Assembly (NCBI RefSeq): GCF_000195955.2
Contig: NC_000962.3
Location: 570,001 to 602,000 of the forward strand
DNA from: Mycobacterium tuberculosis H37Rv
GTDB taxonomy: Bacteria > Actinomycetota > Actinomycetes > Mycobacteriales > Mycobacteriaceae
Length of the DNA stretch: 32,000 nucleotides
Direction of reading: 5' to 3'
The position numbers and the translations under genes were made by a program. Below the pieces are notes generated by a model that saw only the letters and a program-made list of their open reading frames with translations, ran no database searches and was not told where the DNA came from. Every line of letters begins with the position of its first letter. Position 1 is the first letter of the stretch. Below, piece after piece: positions 17,381 to 25,463 of this stretch.

Positions 17381-18309
17381 CGGGACCACACCCCGAAACA
17401 GAGAGCTCCGGTAACCGGCAGATCTCGGTGGCCGAGTTGCTGGCCAGGCAAGGGGTCACCGGCGCCCCGGCCCGACGGCGCCGGCGGCGACGCGGCGATA
17501 GTGACGCCATCACGGTCGCCGAGCTGACCGGTGAGATTCCGATCATTCGTGACGACCATCACCACGCCGGCCCGGACGCGCACGCGAGCCAGTCTCCGGC
17601 GGCTAACGGGCGAGTCCAGGTTGGCGAAGCTGCCCCACAGTCGCCGGCGGAACCAGTCGCCGAGCAGGTTGCCGAAGAGCCAACGAGAACCGTGTACTGG
17701 TCGCAACCCGAGCCGCGCTGGCCCAAGTCCCCCCCGCAGGACCGGCGCGAGTCCGGGCCCGAGCTTAGCGAGTACCCGCGGCCACTGCGCCACACGCATA
17801 GCGACAGAGCACCCGCGGGGCCGCCGTCCGGTGCCGAACACATGAGTCCGGATCCGGTCGAGCACTACCCCGATCTCTGGGTGGATGTCCTGGACACCGA
17901 GGTGGGCGAAGCGGAAGCCGAGACCGAGGTGCGCGAAGCGCAACCTGGGCGCGGCGAGCGCCACGCCGCAGCGGCGGCGGCCGGCACCGACGTCGAGGGT
18001 GATGGTGCGGCCGAGGCGCGGGTTGCCCGTCGTGCCCTGGACGTGGTCCCGACGCTGTGGCGCGGCGCGTTGGTCGTGCTGCAGTCGATCCTGGCCGTTG
18101 CCTTCGGTGCCGGGTTGTTCATCGCCTTCGACCAGTTGTGGCGCTGGAACAGCATAGTGGCGCTAGTGCTATCGGTGATGGTCATCCTTGGCCTAGTGGT
18201 CTCGGTGCGGGCAGTCCGCAAGACCGAAGACATCGCCAGTACGTTGATCGCGGTTGCGGTGGGGGCGCTGATTACCCTGGGACCGCTGGCCTTGTTGCAA
18301 TCGGGCTAG
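17377..18309 (+). CDS. Pro/Glu/Arg-rich membrane protein with three C-terminal TM helices (Rv0497-like)
   Basis: 310-aa ORF with a low-complexity N-terminal ~230 aa, including RRRRRRR and a duplicated I(S/T)VAEL motif. The C-terminal hydrophobic segments are [40 protein letters not shown] and [22 protein letters not shown]. Confidence 0.85.
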
Positions 18310-18324
18310 CCGCCACCACACACA

Positions 18325-19167
18325 GTGCGCCCAGCAATCAAAGTCGGCTTGTCGACGGCCTCGGTGTACCCGTTGCGGGCCGAGGCCGCGTTCGAGTACG
18401 CCGACAGGCTTGGCTACGACGGGGTCGAGCTGATGGTCTGGGGTGAATCGGTCAGTCAGGACATCGATGCCGTCCGGAAGCTGTCGCGCCGCTACCGCGT
18501 GCCGGTGTTGTCGGTGCACGCTCCGTGCCTACTCATCTCGCAGCGGGTGTGGGGCGCCAATCCGATCCTCAAGTTGGACCGCAGTGTGCGGGCCGCCGAA
18601 CAACTGGGCGCGCAAACGGTCGTCGTGCATCCGCCTTTCCGCTGGCAACGACGCTACGCCGAAGGGTTCAGCGATCAGGTTGCCGCCCTAGAAGCGGCCA
18701 GCACCGTGATGGTGGCCGTTGAAAACATGTTTCCCTTCCGAGCGGACCGGTTTTTCGGGGCCGGCCAGTCCCGGGAACGGATGCGTAAGCGGGGTGGTGG
18801 CCCAGGTCCGGCGATCTCGGCGTTCGCGCCGTCCTACGACCCGCTGGACGGCAACCACGCGCATTACACGCTGGACCTCTCGCACACCGCGACTGCGGGC
18901 ACCGACTCGCTGGATATGGCGCGGCGGATGGGCCCAGGGCTGGTGCACCTGCACCTGTGTGACGGCAGCGGCCTGCCCGCCGACGAGCACCTGGTGCCCG
19001 GCCGCGGTACCCAGCCGACCGCCGAGGTGTGCCAGATGCTGGCCGGCAGCGGCTTCGTCGGCCACGTCGTGTTGGAGGTGTCCACCTCAAGCGCGCGTTC
19101 GGCCAATGAACGCGAATCCATGCTGGCCGAGTCGTTGCAGTTCGCCCGCACTCACCTGCTGCGTTGA
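18325..19167 (+). CDS. Xylose-isomerase-like TIM-barrel protein (sugar phosphate isomerase/epimerase or AP-endonuclease-2 fold; Rv0498-like)
   Basis: 280-aa ORF. It shows the family pattern of conserved His/Glu/Asp strands: GVELMVWG, VLSVHAP, VVVHPPF, VAVENM, HLHLCDG, VLEV. Confidence 0.85.
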   Translation: MRPAIKVGLSTASVYPLRAEAAFEYADRLGYDGVELMVWGESVSQDIDAVRKLSRRYRVPVLSVHAPCLLISQRVWGANPILKLDRSVRAAEQLGAQTVVVHPPFRWQRRYAEGFSDQVAALEAASTVMVAVENMFPFRADRFFGAGQSRERMRKRGGGPGPAISAFAPSYDPLDGNHAHYTLDLSHTATAGTDSLDMARRMGPGLVHLHLCDGSGLPADEHLVPGRGTQPTAEVCQMLAGSGFVGHVVLEVSTSSARSANERESMLAESLQFARTHLLR

Positions 19168-19182
19168 TATGCCGGGAACACT

Positions 19183-20058
19183 ATGAACGCGTTGTTCACC
19201 ACGGCGATGGCGCTGCGCCCGCTTGACTCCGATCCCGGCAATCCGGCGTGCCGGGTTTTTGAAGGCGAGCTGAACGAGCACTGGACCATCGGGCCCAAGG
19301 TGCACGGCGGTGCGATGGTGGCGCTGTGTGCCAATGCCGCCCGCACCGCTTACGGCGCGGCCGGACAGCAGCCCATGCGGCAACCGGTCGCAGTGTCGGC
19401 GAGCTTTCTGTGGGCGCCGGATCCGGGGACGATGCGGTTGGTGACGTCGATCCGCAAGCGTGGTCGCCGGATTAGCGTGGCCGATGTCGAGCTCACCCAG
19501 GGTGGCCGCACAGCGGTGCACGCCGTGGTCACCCTGGGTGAGCCGGAGCATTTTCTCCCCGGCGTTGATGGGAGCGGCGGGGCCAGTGGAACCGCGCCGC
19601 TGCTGTCGGCGAATCCGGTGGTGGAGCTGATGGCACCGGAACCGCCCGAGGGAGTCGTGCCGATCGGTCCCGGCCATCAGCTGGCCGGGCTGGTGCACTT
19701 AGGCGAAGGCTGCGATGTCCGGCCGGTGTTGTCGACGTTGCGGTCCGCGACCGATGGGCGGCCACCGGTGATTCAGCTGTGGGCGCGTCCACGCGGCGTT
19801 GCTCCGGACGCGCTGTTCGCTCTGTTGTGCGGGGACTTGTCGGCCCCGGTGACCTTCGCGGTGGACCGCACCGGCTGGGCGCCTACAGTTGCGCTCACCG
19901 CCTATCTTCGGGCCCTGCCCGCCGACGGCTGGCTGCGAGTGCTCTGCACCTGCGTCGAAATCGGGCAGGACTGGTTTGACGAGGACCACATCGTCGTCGA
20001 CCGGTTGGGCCGCATCGTGGTGCAGACGCGCCAACTGGCGATGGTGCCTGCCCAGTAG
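19183..20058 (+). CDS. Acyl-CoA thioesterase-like (double hotdog, TesB-like) protein (Rv0499-like)
   Basis: 291-aa ORF. The N-terminal pattern EHWTIGPKVHGGAMVALCANAA is typical of the thioesterase-like superfamily. The assignment is from pattern memory, not a search. Confidence 0.8.
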   Translation: MNALFTTAMALRPLDSDPGNPACRVFEGELNEHWTIGPKVHGGAMVALCANAARTAYGAAGQQPMRQPVAVSASFLWAPDPGTMRLVTSIRKRGRRISVADVELTQGGRTAVHAVVTLGEPEHFLPGVDGSGGASGTAPLLSANPVVELMAPEPPEGVVPIGPGHQLAGLVHLGEGCDVRPVLSTLRSATDGRPPVIQLWARPRGVAPDALFALLCGDLSAPVTFAVDRTGWAPTVALTAYLRALPADGWLRVLCTCVEIGQDWFDEDHIVVDRLGRIVVQTRQLAMVPAQ

Positions 20059-20082
20059 CACGGATCGGCCGAGCTGTCTGCG

Positions 20083-20970
20083 ATGCTTTTCGGCATGGCA
20101 AGGATCGCGATTATCGGCGGCGGCAGCATCGGTGAGGCATTGCTGTCGGGTCTGCTGCGGGCGGGCCGGCAGGTCAAAGACCTGGTAGTGGCCGAGCGGA
20201 TGCCCGATCGCGCCAACTACCTGGCGCAGACCTATTCGGTGTTGGTGACGTCGGCGGCCGACGCGGTGGAGAACGCGACGTTCGTCGTCGTCGCGGTCAA
20301 ACCAGCCGACGTCGAGCCGGTGATCGCGGATCTGGCGAACGCGACTGCGGCGGCCGAAAACGACAGTGCTGAGCAGGTGTTCGTCACCGTGGTAGCGGGC
20401 ATCACGATCGCGTATTTCGAATCCAAGCTACCGGCTGGGACGCCAGTGGTGCGTGCGATGCCGAACGCGGCGGCATTGGTGGGAGCGGGGGTTACAGCGC
20501 TGGCCAAAGGCCGCTTTGTCACCCCGCAACAGCTTGAGGAGGTCTCGGCCTTGTTCGACGCGGTCGGCGGCGTGCTGACCGTTCCGGAATCGCAGTTGGA
20601 CGCGGTGACCGCGGTGTCCGGCTCGGGTCCGGCCTATTTCTTTCTGCTGGTCGAGGCCCTGGTGGATGCCGGAGTCGGGGTGGGCTTGAGCCGTCAGGTG
20701 GCCACCGATCTCGCCGCGCAGACAATGGCTGGCTCAGCGGCGATGCTGCTGGAGCGGATGGAGCAAGACCAGGGTGGCGCCAATGGCGAGCTGATGGGGC
20801 TGCGCGTGGACCTTACCGCATCACGGCTGCGCGCCGCGGTTACCTCGCCGGGCGGTACGACCGCCGCTGCGCTGCGGGAACTCGAACGCGGCGGGTTTCG
20901 GATGGCTGTCGACGCGGCGGTTCAAGCCGCCAAAAGCCGCTCTGAGCAGCTCAGAATTACACCGGAATGA
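20083..20970 (+). CDS. proC: Pyrroline-5-carboxylate reductase
   Basis: 295-aa ORF. It has a Rossmann motif RIAIIGGGSIGEALLSGLL, the segment AMPNAAALVGAGVTAL and the P5CR signature VTSPGGTTAAALRELE. Confidence 0.95.
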   Translation: MLFGMARIAIIGGGSIGEALLSGLLRAGRQVKDLVVAERMPDRANYLAQTYSVLVTSAADAVENATFVVVAVKPADVEPVIADLANATAAAENDSAEQVFVTVVAGITIAYFESKLPAGTPVVRAMPNAAALVGAGVTALAKGRFVTPQQLEEVSALFDAVGGVLTVPESQLDAVTAVSGSGPAYFFLLVEALVDAGVGVGLSRQVATDLAAQTMAGSAAMLLERMEQDQGGANGELMGLRVDLTASRLRAAVTSPGGTTAAALRELERGGFRMAVDAAVQAAKSRSEQLRITPE

Positions 20971-21110
20971 TTCACGAATTTTGAACTGATTATCCCTCAC
21001 CAGTACCAGTAACCCCACTAGTCCCGCTATTCTCCTCTTTGTAAGCGCGTGTGGGTGCCAGCGGAGGGGAAGCCGCTGGGACTGCGCGTGCCTGACACGA
21101 TTGGGTTGCG

Positions 21111-21347
21111 ATGACGTCTACGAACGGGCCATCGGCGCGGGATACCGGTTTTGTTGAGGGCCAGCAGGCCAAGACACAACTTCTCACCGTGGCCGAAGTG
21201 GCGGCCCTGATGCGGGTGTCCAAGATGACGGTGTACCGGCTGGTGCACAATGGCGAACTGCCCGCGGTTCGGGTCGGGCGGTCATTCCGGGTGCATGCCA
21301 AGGCCGTCCACGACATGTTGGAGACTTCGTACTTCGACGCGGGCTAG
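21111..21347 (+). CDS. Small excisionase/MerR-like HTH DNA-binding protein (BldC-like; Rv0500A-like)
   Basis: 78-aa ORF with an HTH_17-type motif [38 protein letters not shown]. There is no adjacent integrase. Confidence 0.88.
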
Positions 21348-21350
21348 TTG

Positions 21351-21368
21351 CCGGCCGCACGCGGCCGG
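21351..21368 (+). terminator. GC-rich stem-loop immediately after the BldC-like gene, a candidate I-shaped intrinsic terminator
   Basis: ccggccgc-ac-gcggccgg is a perfect 8-bp inverted repeat starting 4 nt after the TAG stop. There is no U-tract, as is common for mycobacterial terminator-like hairpins. Confidence 0.3.
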
Positions 21369-21474
21369 AGTCCGCCTGACCGATCTGGCAATGCTCGGGC
21401 GCTGCCGGTTTGGTGTTCCGTGCGACCGCCCGGGTAGAGTGTCCGGGTCAGATAGCCGTATAGATGGCGGGGTC

Positions 21475-21576
21475 ATGGGTTCAGTAATCAAGAAGCGGCG
21501 CAAGCGCATGTCCAAGAAAAAGCATCGCAAGCTGCTGCGTCGCACCCGGGTGCAGCGCAGGAAACTGGGCAAATAG
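21475..21576 (+). CDS. Ribosomal protein bS22 (33-aa, extremely basic; Rv0500B-like)
   Basis: The protein is [33 protein letters not shown], with 18 of 33 residues Lys or Arg. It is the C-terminal part of the ORF-track entry 21250..21576, whose upstream part overlaps Rv0500A out of frame. Identity as actinobacterial bS22 is from memory of mycobacterial ribosome structures. Confidence 0.85.
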
Positions 21577-21641
21577 GTTGCGAGCAGACCCCGCCAGCTC
21601 GACCGTCACGCGCTTGTAACGCCGCCGTTTCGCCTGGCCGT

Positions 21642-21656
21642 TAGGCTGTCGGAGTG
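21642..21656 (+). promoter_or_regulatory. Candidate leaderless promoter/start for galE2: -10 TAGGCT, 6-nt spacer, GTG
   Basis: TAGGCT (21642-21647) fits TANNNT. It is followed by 6 nt (gtcgga) and then GTG 21654. Confidence 0.4.
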
Positions 21657-22784
21657 AGTTCGTCGAACGGGCGCGGTGGCGCCGGAGGAGTCGGCGGCAG
21701 CAGTGAGCACCCGCAGTACCCCAAAGTTGTGCTGGTGACCGGTGCTTGCCGTTTCCTAGGCGGCTACCTGACCGCACGGCTTGCCCAGAACCCGCTGATC
21801 AACCGGGTCATCGCGGTGGACGCGATCGCGCCGAGCAAGGACATGCTGCGCCGGATGGGCCGAGCCGAATTTGTTCGCGCTGATATCCGAAACCCATTCA
21901 TCGCCAAGGTGATTCGCAATGGCGAGGTGGACACGGTGGTGCACGCCGCGGCGGCCTCGTATGCGCCGCGGTCCGGCGGCAGTGCGGCATTGAAGGAACT
22001 TAACGTGATGGGCGCGATGCAACTGTTCGCCGCCTGCCAAAAGGCGCCCTCGGTCCGCCGGGTCGTGCTGAAGTCGACCTCTGAGGTTTACGGATCGAGC
22101 CCACACGATCCGGTGATGTTCACCGAGGACAGCAGCAGTCGACGTCCTTTCAGCCAAGGTTTCCCTAAGGACAGTCTCGATATCGAGGGCTACGTGCGCG
22201 CGCTGGGCCGACGCCGCCCCGATATTGCAGTGACTATCCTGCGGCTGGCCAACATGATCGGCCCGGCGATGGACACCACGCTTTCACGATATCTGGCCGG
22301 GCCGCTGGTCCCGACGATCTTCGGCCGTGATGCGCGACTGCAGTTGCTGCACGAGCAGGATGCGCTGGGTGCGTTGGAGCGCGCGGCGATGGCCGGCAAG
22401 GCCGGAACGTTCAACATCGGAGCCGACGGCATCCTCATGCTGTCGCAGGCGATCCGGCGGGCCGGGCGAATTCCGGTGCCGGTGCCAGGGTTTGGGGTAT
22501 GGGCTCTGGATTCGCTGAGGCGAGCGAATCACTACACCGAGCTGAATCGTGAGCAATTCGCTTACCTGAGTTATGGCCGGGTTATGGACACCACCAGAAT
22601 GCGCGTCGAACTGGGTTACCAGCCGAAGTGGACGACCGTCGAGGCGTTCGATGACTATTTTCGCGGCCGCGGCCTGACTCCCATTATTGACCCACATCGG
22701 GTACGCTCCTGGGAGGGTCGCGCCGTAGGTTTAGCGCAGCGCTGGGGTAGCCGAAATCCAATTCCATGGAGCGGACTCAGATAG
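21654..22784 (+). CDS. galE2: NAD-dependent epimerase/dehydratase family protein (annotated UDP-glucose 4-epimerase GalE2)
   Basis: 376-aa ORF. The Rossmann motif is VVLVTGACRFLGGYL and the protein has an extended-SDR fold. Confidence 0.9.
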   Translation: MSSSNGRGGAGGVGGSSEHPQYPKVVLVTGACRFLGGYLTARLAQNPLINRVIAVDAIAPSKDMLRRMGRAEFVRADIRNPFIAKVIRNGEVDTVVHAAAASYAPRSGGSAALKELNVMGAMQLFAACQKAPSVRRVVLKSTSEVYGSSPHDPVMFTEDSSSRRPFSQGFPKDSLDIEGYVRALGRRRPDIAVTILRLANMIGPAMDTTLSRYLAGPLVPTIFGRDARLQLLHEQDALGALERAAMAGKAGTFNIGADGILMLSQAIRRAGRIPVPVPGFGVWALDSLRRANHYTELNREQFAYLSYGRVMDTTRMRVELGYQPKWTTVEAFDDYFRGRGLTPIIDPHRVRSWEGRAVGLAQRWGSRNPIPWSGLR

Positions 22785-22790
22785 GTTTGG

Positions 22791-23867
22791 ATGGGTAACG
22801 TGGCGGGCGAAACCAGAGCGAATGTCATTCCACTGCACACAAATCGGAGCCGGGTAGCGGCGCGCAGGCGTGCCGGTCAACGGGCAGAGTCCCGGCAGCA
22901 TCCGTCGTTGCTGTCCGATCCAAATGACCGGGCGTCGGCCGAGCAGATCGCCGCCGTTGTCCGGGAAATCGACGAACACCGGCGCGCTGCGGGTGCCACG
23001 ACCTCGTCCACCGAGGCCACGCCCAACGACCTTGCGCAACTCGTCGCCGCGGTTGCTGGATTTCTCCGACAGCGCCTGACCGGTGACTACAGCGTCGACG
23101 AATTCGGGTTCGACCCGCACTTCAACAGCGCCATCGTACGACCCTTGCTGCGATTCTTCTTCAAGTCATGGTTTCGGGTCGAAGTCAGTGGTGTCGAGAA
23201 CATCCCGCGCGATGGTGCGGCGCTGGTGGTGGCCAATCACGCAGGTGTGTTGCCGTTTGACGGGTTGATGTTGTCGGTGGCCGTCCACGACGAGCACCCG
23301 GCGCATCGGGATCTGCGGCTGCTTGCCGCCGACATGGTGTTCGACCTCCCCGTGATCGGCGAAGCCGCCCGCAAGGCGGGTCATACCATGGCGTGTACGA
23401 CGGATGCGCACCGGTTGCTTGCCTCCGGCGAACTCACCGCGGTGTTCCCCGAGGGATACAAGGGGCTGGGTAAGCGTTTCGAGGACCGTTACCGGTTACA
23501 GCGGTTTGGTCGCGGCGGCTTCGTATCGGCCGCGCTACGGACCAAGGCGCCGATTGTGCCGTGTTCGATCATCGGCTCCGAAGAGATCTACCCCATGCTG
23601 ACCGATGTCAAGCTGCTGGCTCGGCTGTTCGGCCTGCCGTACTTCCCGATTACGCCGTTGTTCCCGTTGGCTGGACCGGTCGGGCTAGTGCCGTTGCCCT
23701 CGAAATGGCGCATCGCGTTCGGTGAGCCGATCTGCACCGCCGACTACGCCTCCACCGACGCCGACGACCCGATGGTGACGTTCGAGTTGACCGATCAGGT
23801 GCGCGAGACGATCCAGCAGACGCTATACCGACTGCTTGCCGGCCGTCGCAACATCTTTTTCGGCTGA
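22791..23867 (+). CDS. PlsC-like lysophospholipid/glycerolipid acyltransferase (Rv0502-like)
   Basis: 358-aa ORF starting 6 nt after the galE2 stop. The acyltransferase motifs are LVVANHAGVLPFDG (block I, NHxxxxD-like) and AVFPEGYKG (block III, FPEG). Confidence 0.88.
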   Translation: MGNVAGETRANVIPLHTNRSRVAARRRAGQRAESRQHPSLLSDPNDRASAEQIAAVVREIDEHRRAAGATTSSTEATPNDLAQLVAAVAGFLRQRLTGDYSVDEFGFDPHFNSAIVRPLLRFFFKSWFRVEVSGVENIPRDGAALVVANHAGVLPFDGLMLSVAVHDEHPAHRDLRLLAADMVFDLPVIGEAARKAGHTMACTTDAHRLLASGELTAVFPEGYKGLGKRFEDRYRLQRFGRGGFVSAALRTKAPIVPCSIIGSEEIYPMLTDVKLLARLFGLPYFPITPLFPLAGPVGLVPLPSKWRIAFGEPICTADYASTDADDPMVTFELTDQVRETIQQTLYRLLAGRRNIFFG

Positions 23868-23870
23868 CCC

Positions 23871-24779
23871 TTATTTGACCAGAGTGAACTGGCAGACGTC
23901 CGTGTACTTGTCGCGGAACAGGTCTGAGCAGCCACGTAGGTAGTGCATGTAGATGTCGTACGTCTCCTGGCCCTTGAGGGCGATCGCCTCATCTTTGTGC
24001 GCCTGTAGCGCATCCGCCCAGGCGTTCAGGGTCGGCACGTAGTTGGCCCCGATCCGGTGGTAGCGCTCGACCTTCCATCCGGCGTTGGAGGAGTAATAGT
24101 CCACCTGCGAGATCCTGGGCAGCCGCCCGCCCGGGAAGATCTCGGTCAGGATGAACTTGATGAAGCGCAGCAGGCTCATCGGAGACGTCAAGCCCAGCTC
24201 CTGGGCTTCCTCTTTGTCCGGGATAGTGATGGTGTGCAGCAGCATCCGGCCGTCGTCGGGCGTCAAATTGTAGAACTTCTTGAAGAAGGTGTCGTAGCGC
24301 TCGAACCCGGCGTCCCCGGCACCGTCGGCGAAATGCTCAAACGCACCGAGTGACACGATGCGGTCGACCGGCTCGTCGAACTCCTCCCAGCCCTGGATTC
24401 GCACCTCTTTTCGGCGGGGGCTGTCGACCTCATCGAACATCGCCTTGTCGTGGGCGTACTGGTTTTCGCTCAGGGTCAAGCCGATGACGTTGACGTCGTA
24501 CTCGGCGACCGCGTGTCGCATGGTGGAACCCCAGCCGCAGCCGATGTCGAGCAGCGTCATGCCGGGCTCAAGGTTCAGCTTGTCCAGTGCCAGCTTGCGC
24601 TTCGCGTACTGCGCCTCTTCCAGCGTCATATCGGGACGTTCGAAGTAGGCGCAGCTGTACGTCATCGATGGGTCAAGCCAGAGCTTGAAGAACTCGTTCG
24701 ATTTGTCGTAGTGGGATCGAACTGCTTCGACCGGCGGCTTGAGCTGCGTGCCGCTTGTCGTGTCGCCCTGTGACGTCAT
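23871..24779 (-). CDS. cmaA2: Cyclopropane mycolic acid synthase 2 (SAM-dependent)
   Basis: ATG 24779 gives 302 aa: [36 protein letters not shown].... The SAM motif is [14 protein letters not shown], and the sequence is CMAS-family throughout. The 365-aa ORF-track version is an upstream over-extension. Confidence 0.95.
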
Positions 24780-24801
24780 TGAACGGACCCTACTTTCCCC
24801 A

Positions 24802-25302
24802 CTAGATCGATGCAATCGCCGCCACCGTTGCATCGGCATCGGCTTCGTGGTGGGCCGCTTCTCCCAACATGGTGACGACACTGGTGACCACAGGCTTTCC
24901 TTCGGCGTCGGTAACTTCGCTTCGGATCTCGGCGAGCACCGTGCCGTGGGATTCGATGACGGAGTCAAGATAGGTGTCGAAGTACAGCTTGTCGTTGGCC
25001 AGGATCGGCCGGTGGAAGCGGAACTTCTGGTCGCGATGAAAGACCCGGGCGATGTTGATCGGGATATTGAACTTGGTGAAGATCTCCAGCTGCACGCGCC
25101 GGCCGGCGATCGCCAGGAAGGTCAGCGGGGCTACCAGCGCGGGGTAACCGGCCGCTGCGGCATCCGGCTCGCTGTAGTGGGTCGGGTGGTCGTCTTTGAC
25201 CGCGACCGCGAACTCGCGGATCTTCTCGCGCCCCACCAGAAAGTGGTCCGGCGCCCGATAATGCTTGCCGATCAGTGTCTGGGCTTCTTCGGGAACTGTC
25301 AT
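24802..25302 (-). CDS. hadD: MaoC-like hotdog-fold (3R)-hydroxyacyl-ACP dehydratase subunit of FAS-II (HadD; Rv0504c-like)
   Basis: 166-aa [46 protein letters not shown]..., resembling HadA/HadC-type subunits. It lies 22 nt upstream of cmaA2. The HadD name is from memory of the literature. Confidence 0.88.
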
Positions 25303-25330
25303 GCCGCTGCCGCCCTCCGCTCGAATAGTT

Positions 25331-25451
25331 GCTAAGCCCTATTGCCCGGCTCCTCCTCGCCCCGCTGCGCGGGTCGCATCGTCGCCAGGCTGGGCCCTAT
25401 TGCCCGGCTCCTCCTCGCCCCGCTGCGCGGGCCGCATCGTCGCCAGGCTAA
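25331..25451 (-). repeat. Tandem 58-bp MIRU-family units, about 2.1 copies, oriented on the minus strand between serB1 and hadD (VNTR-0595-type locus)
   Basis: In plus-strand reading the copies are 25336-25393 and 25394-25451: gccctattgcccggctcctcctcgccccgctgcgcggg[t/c]cgcatcgtcgccaggct... There is one internal mismatch, plus a 5-nt partial unit at 25331-25335. The reverse complement carries the MIRU core ggcgacgATGcg...gcgcagcg...gaggaggag...TAG. Confidence 0.93.
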
Positions 25452-25463
25452 CGGCGCAGCTTA

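Noticed and set aside
21111-21347. Excisionase-type HTH gene as a marker of a prophage or integrative element.
   Set aside because: There is no integrase, no phage or transfer genes, no flanking direct repeats or tRNA target, and the neighbours are housekeeping genes (proC, bS22). A chromosomal BldC-like regulator is the better explanation.
24780-24968. Upstream extensions of cmaA2 (365-aa version). The same issue applies to the glutaredoxin-like gene (29951 start), hemA (30360 start), gpm1 (8339 start) and the GMC oxidoreductase (13543 start).
   Set aside because: Each extension overlaps a neighbouring gene or intergenic region, adds non-homologous low-complexity residues, and would displace the conserved family N-terminus. 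Shorter starts fit the family alignments as I remember them.
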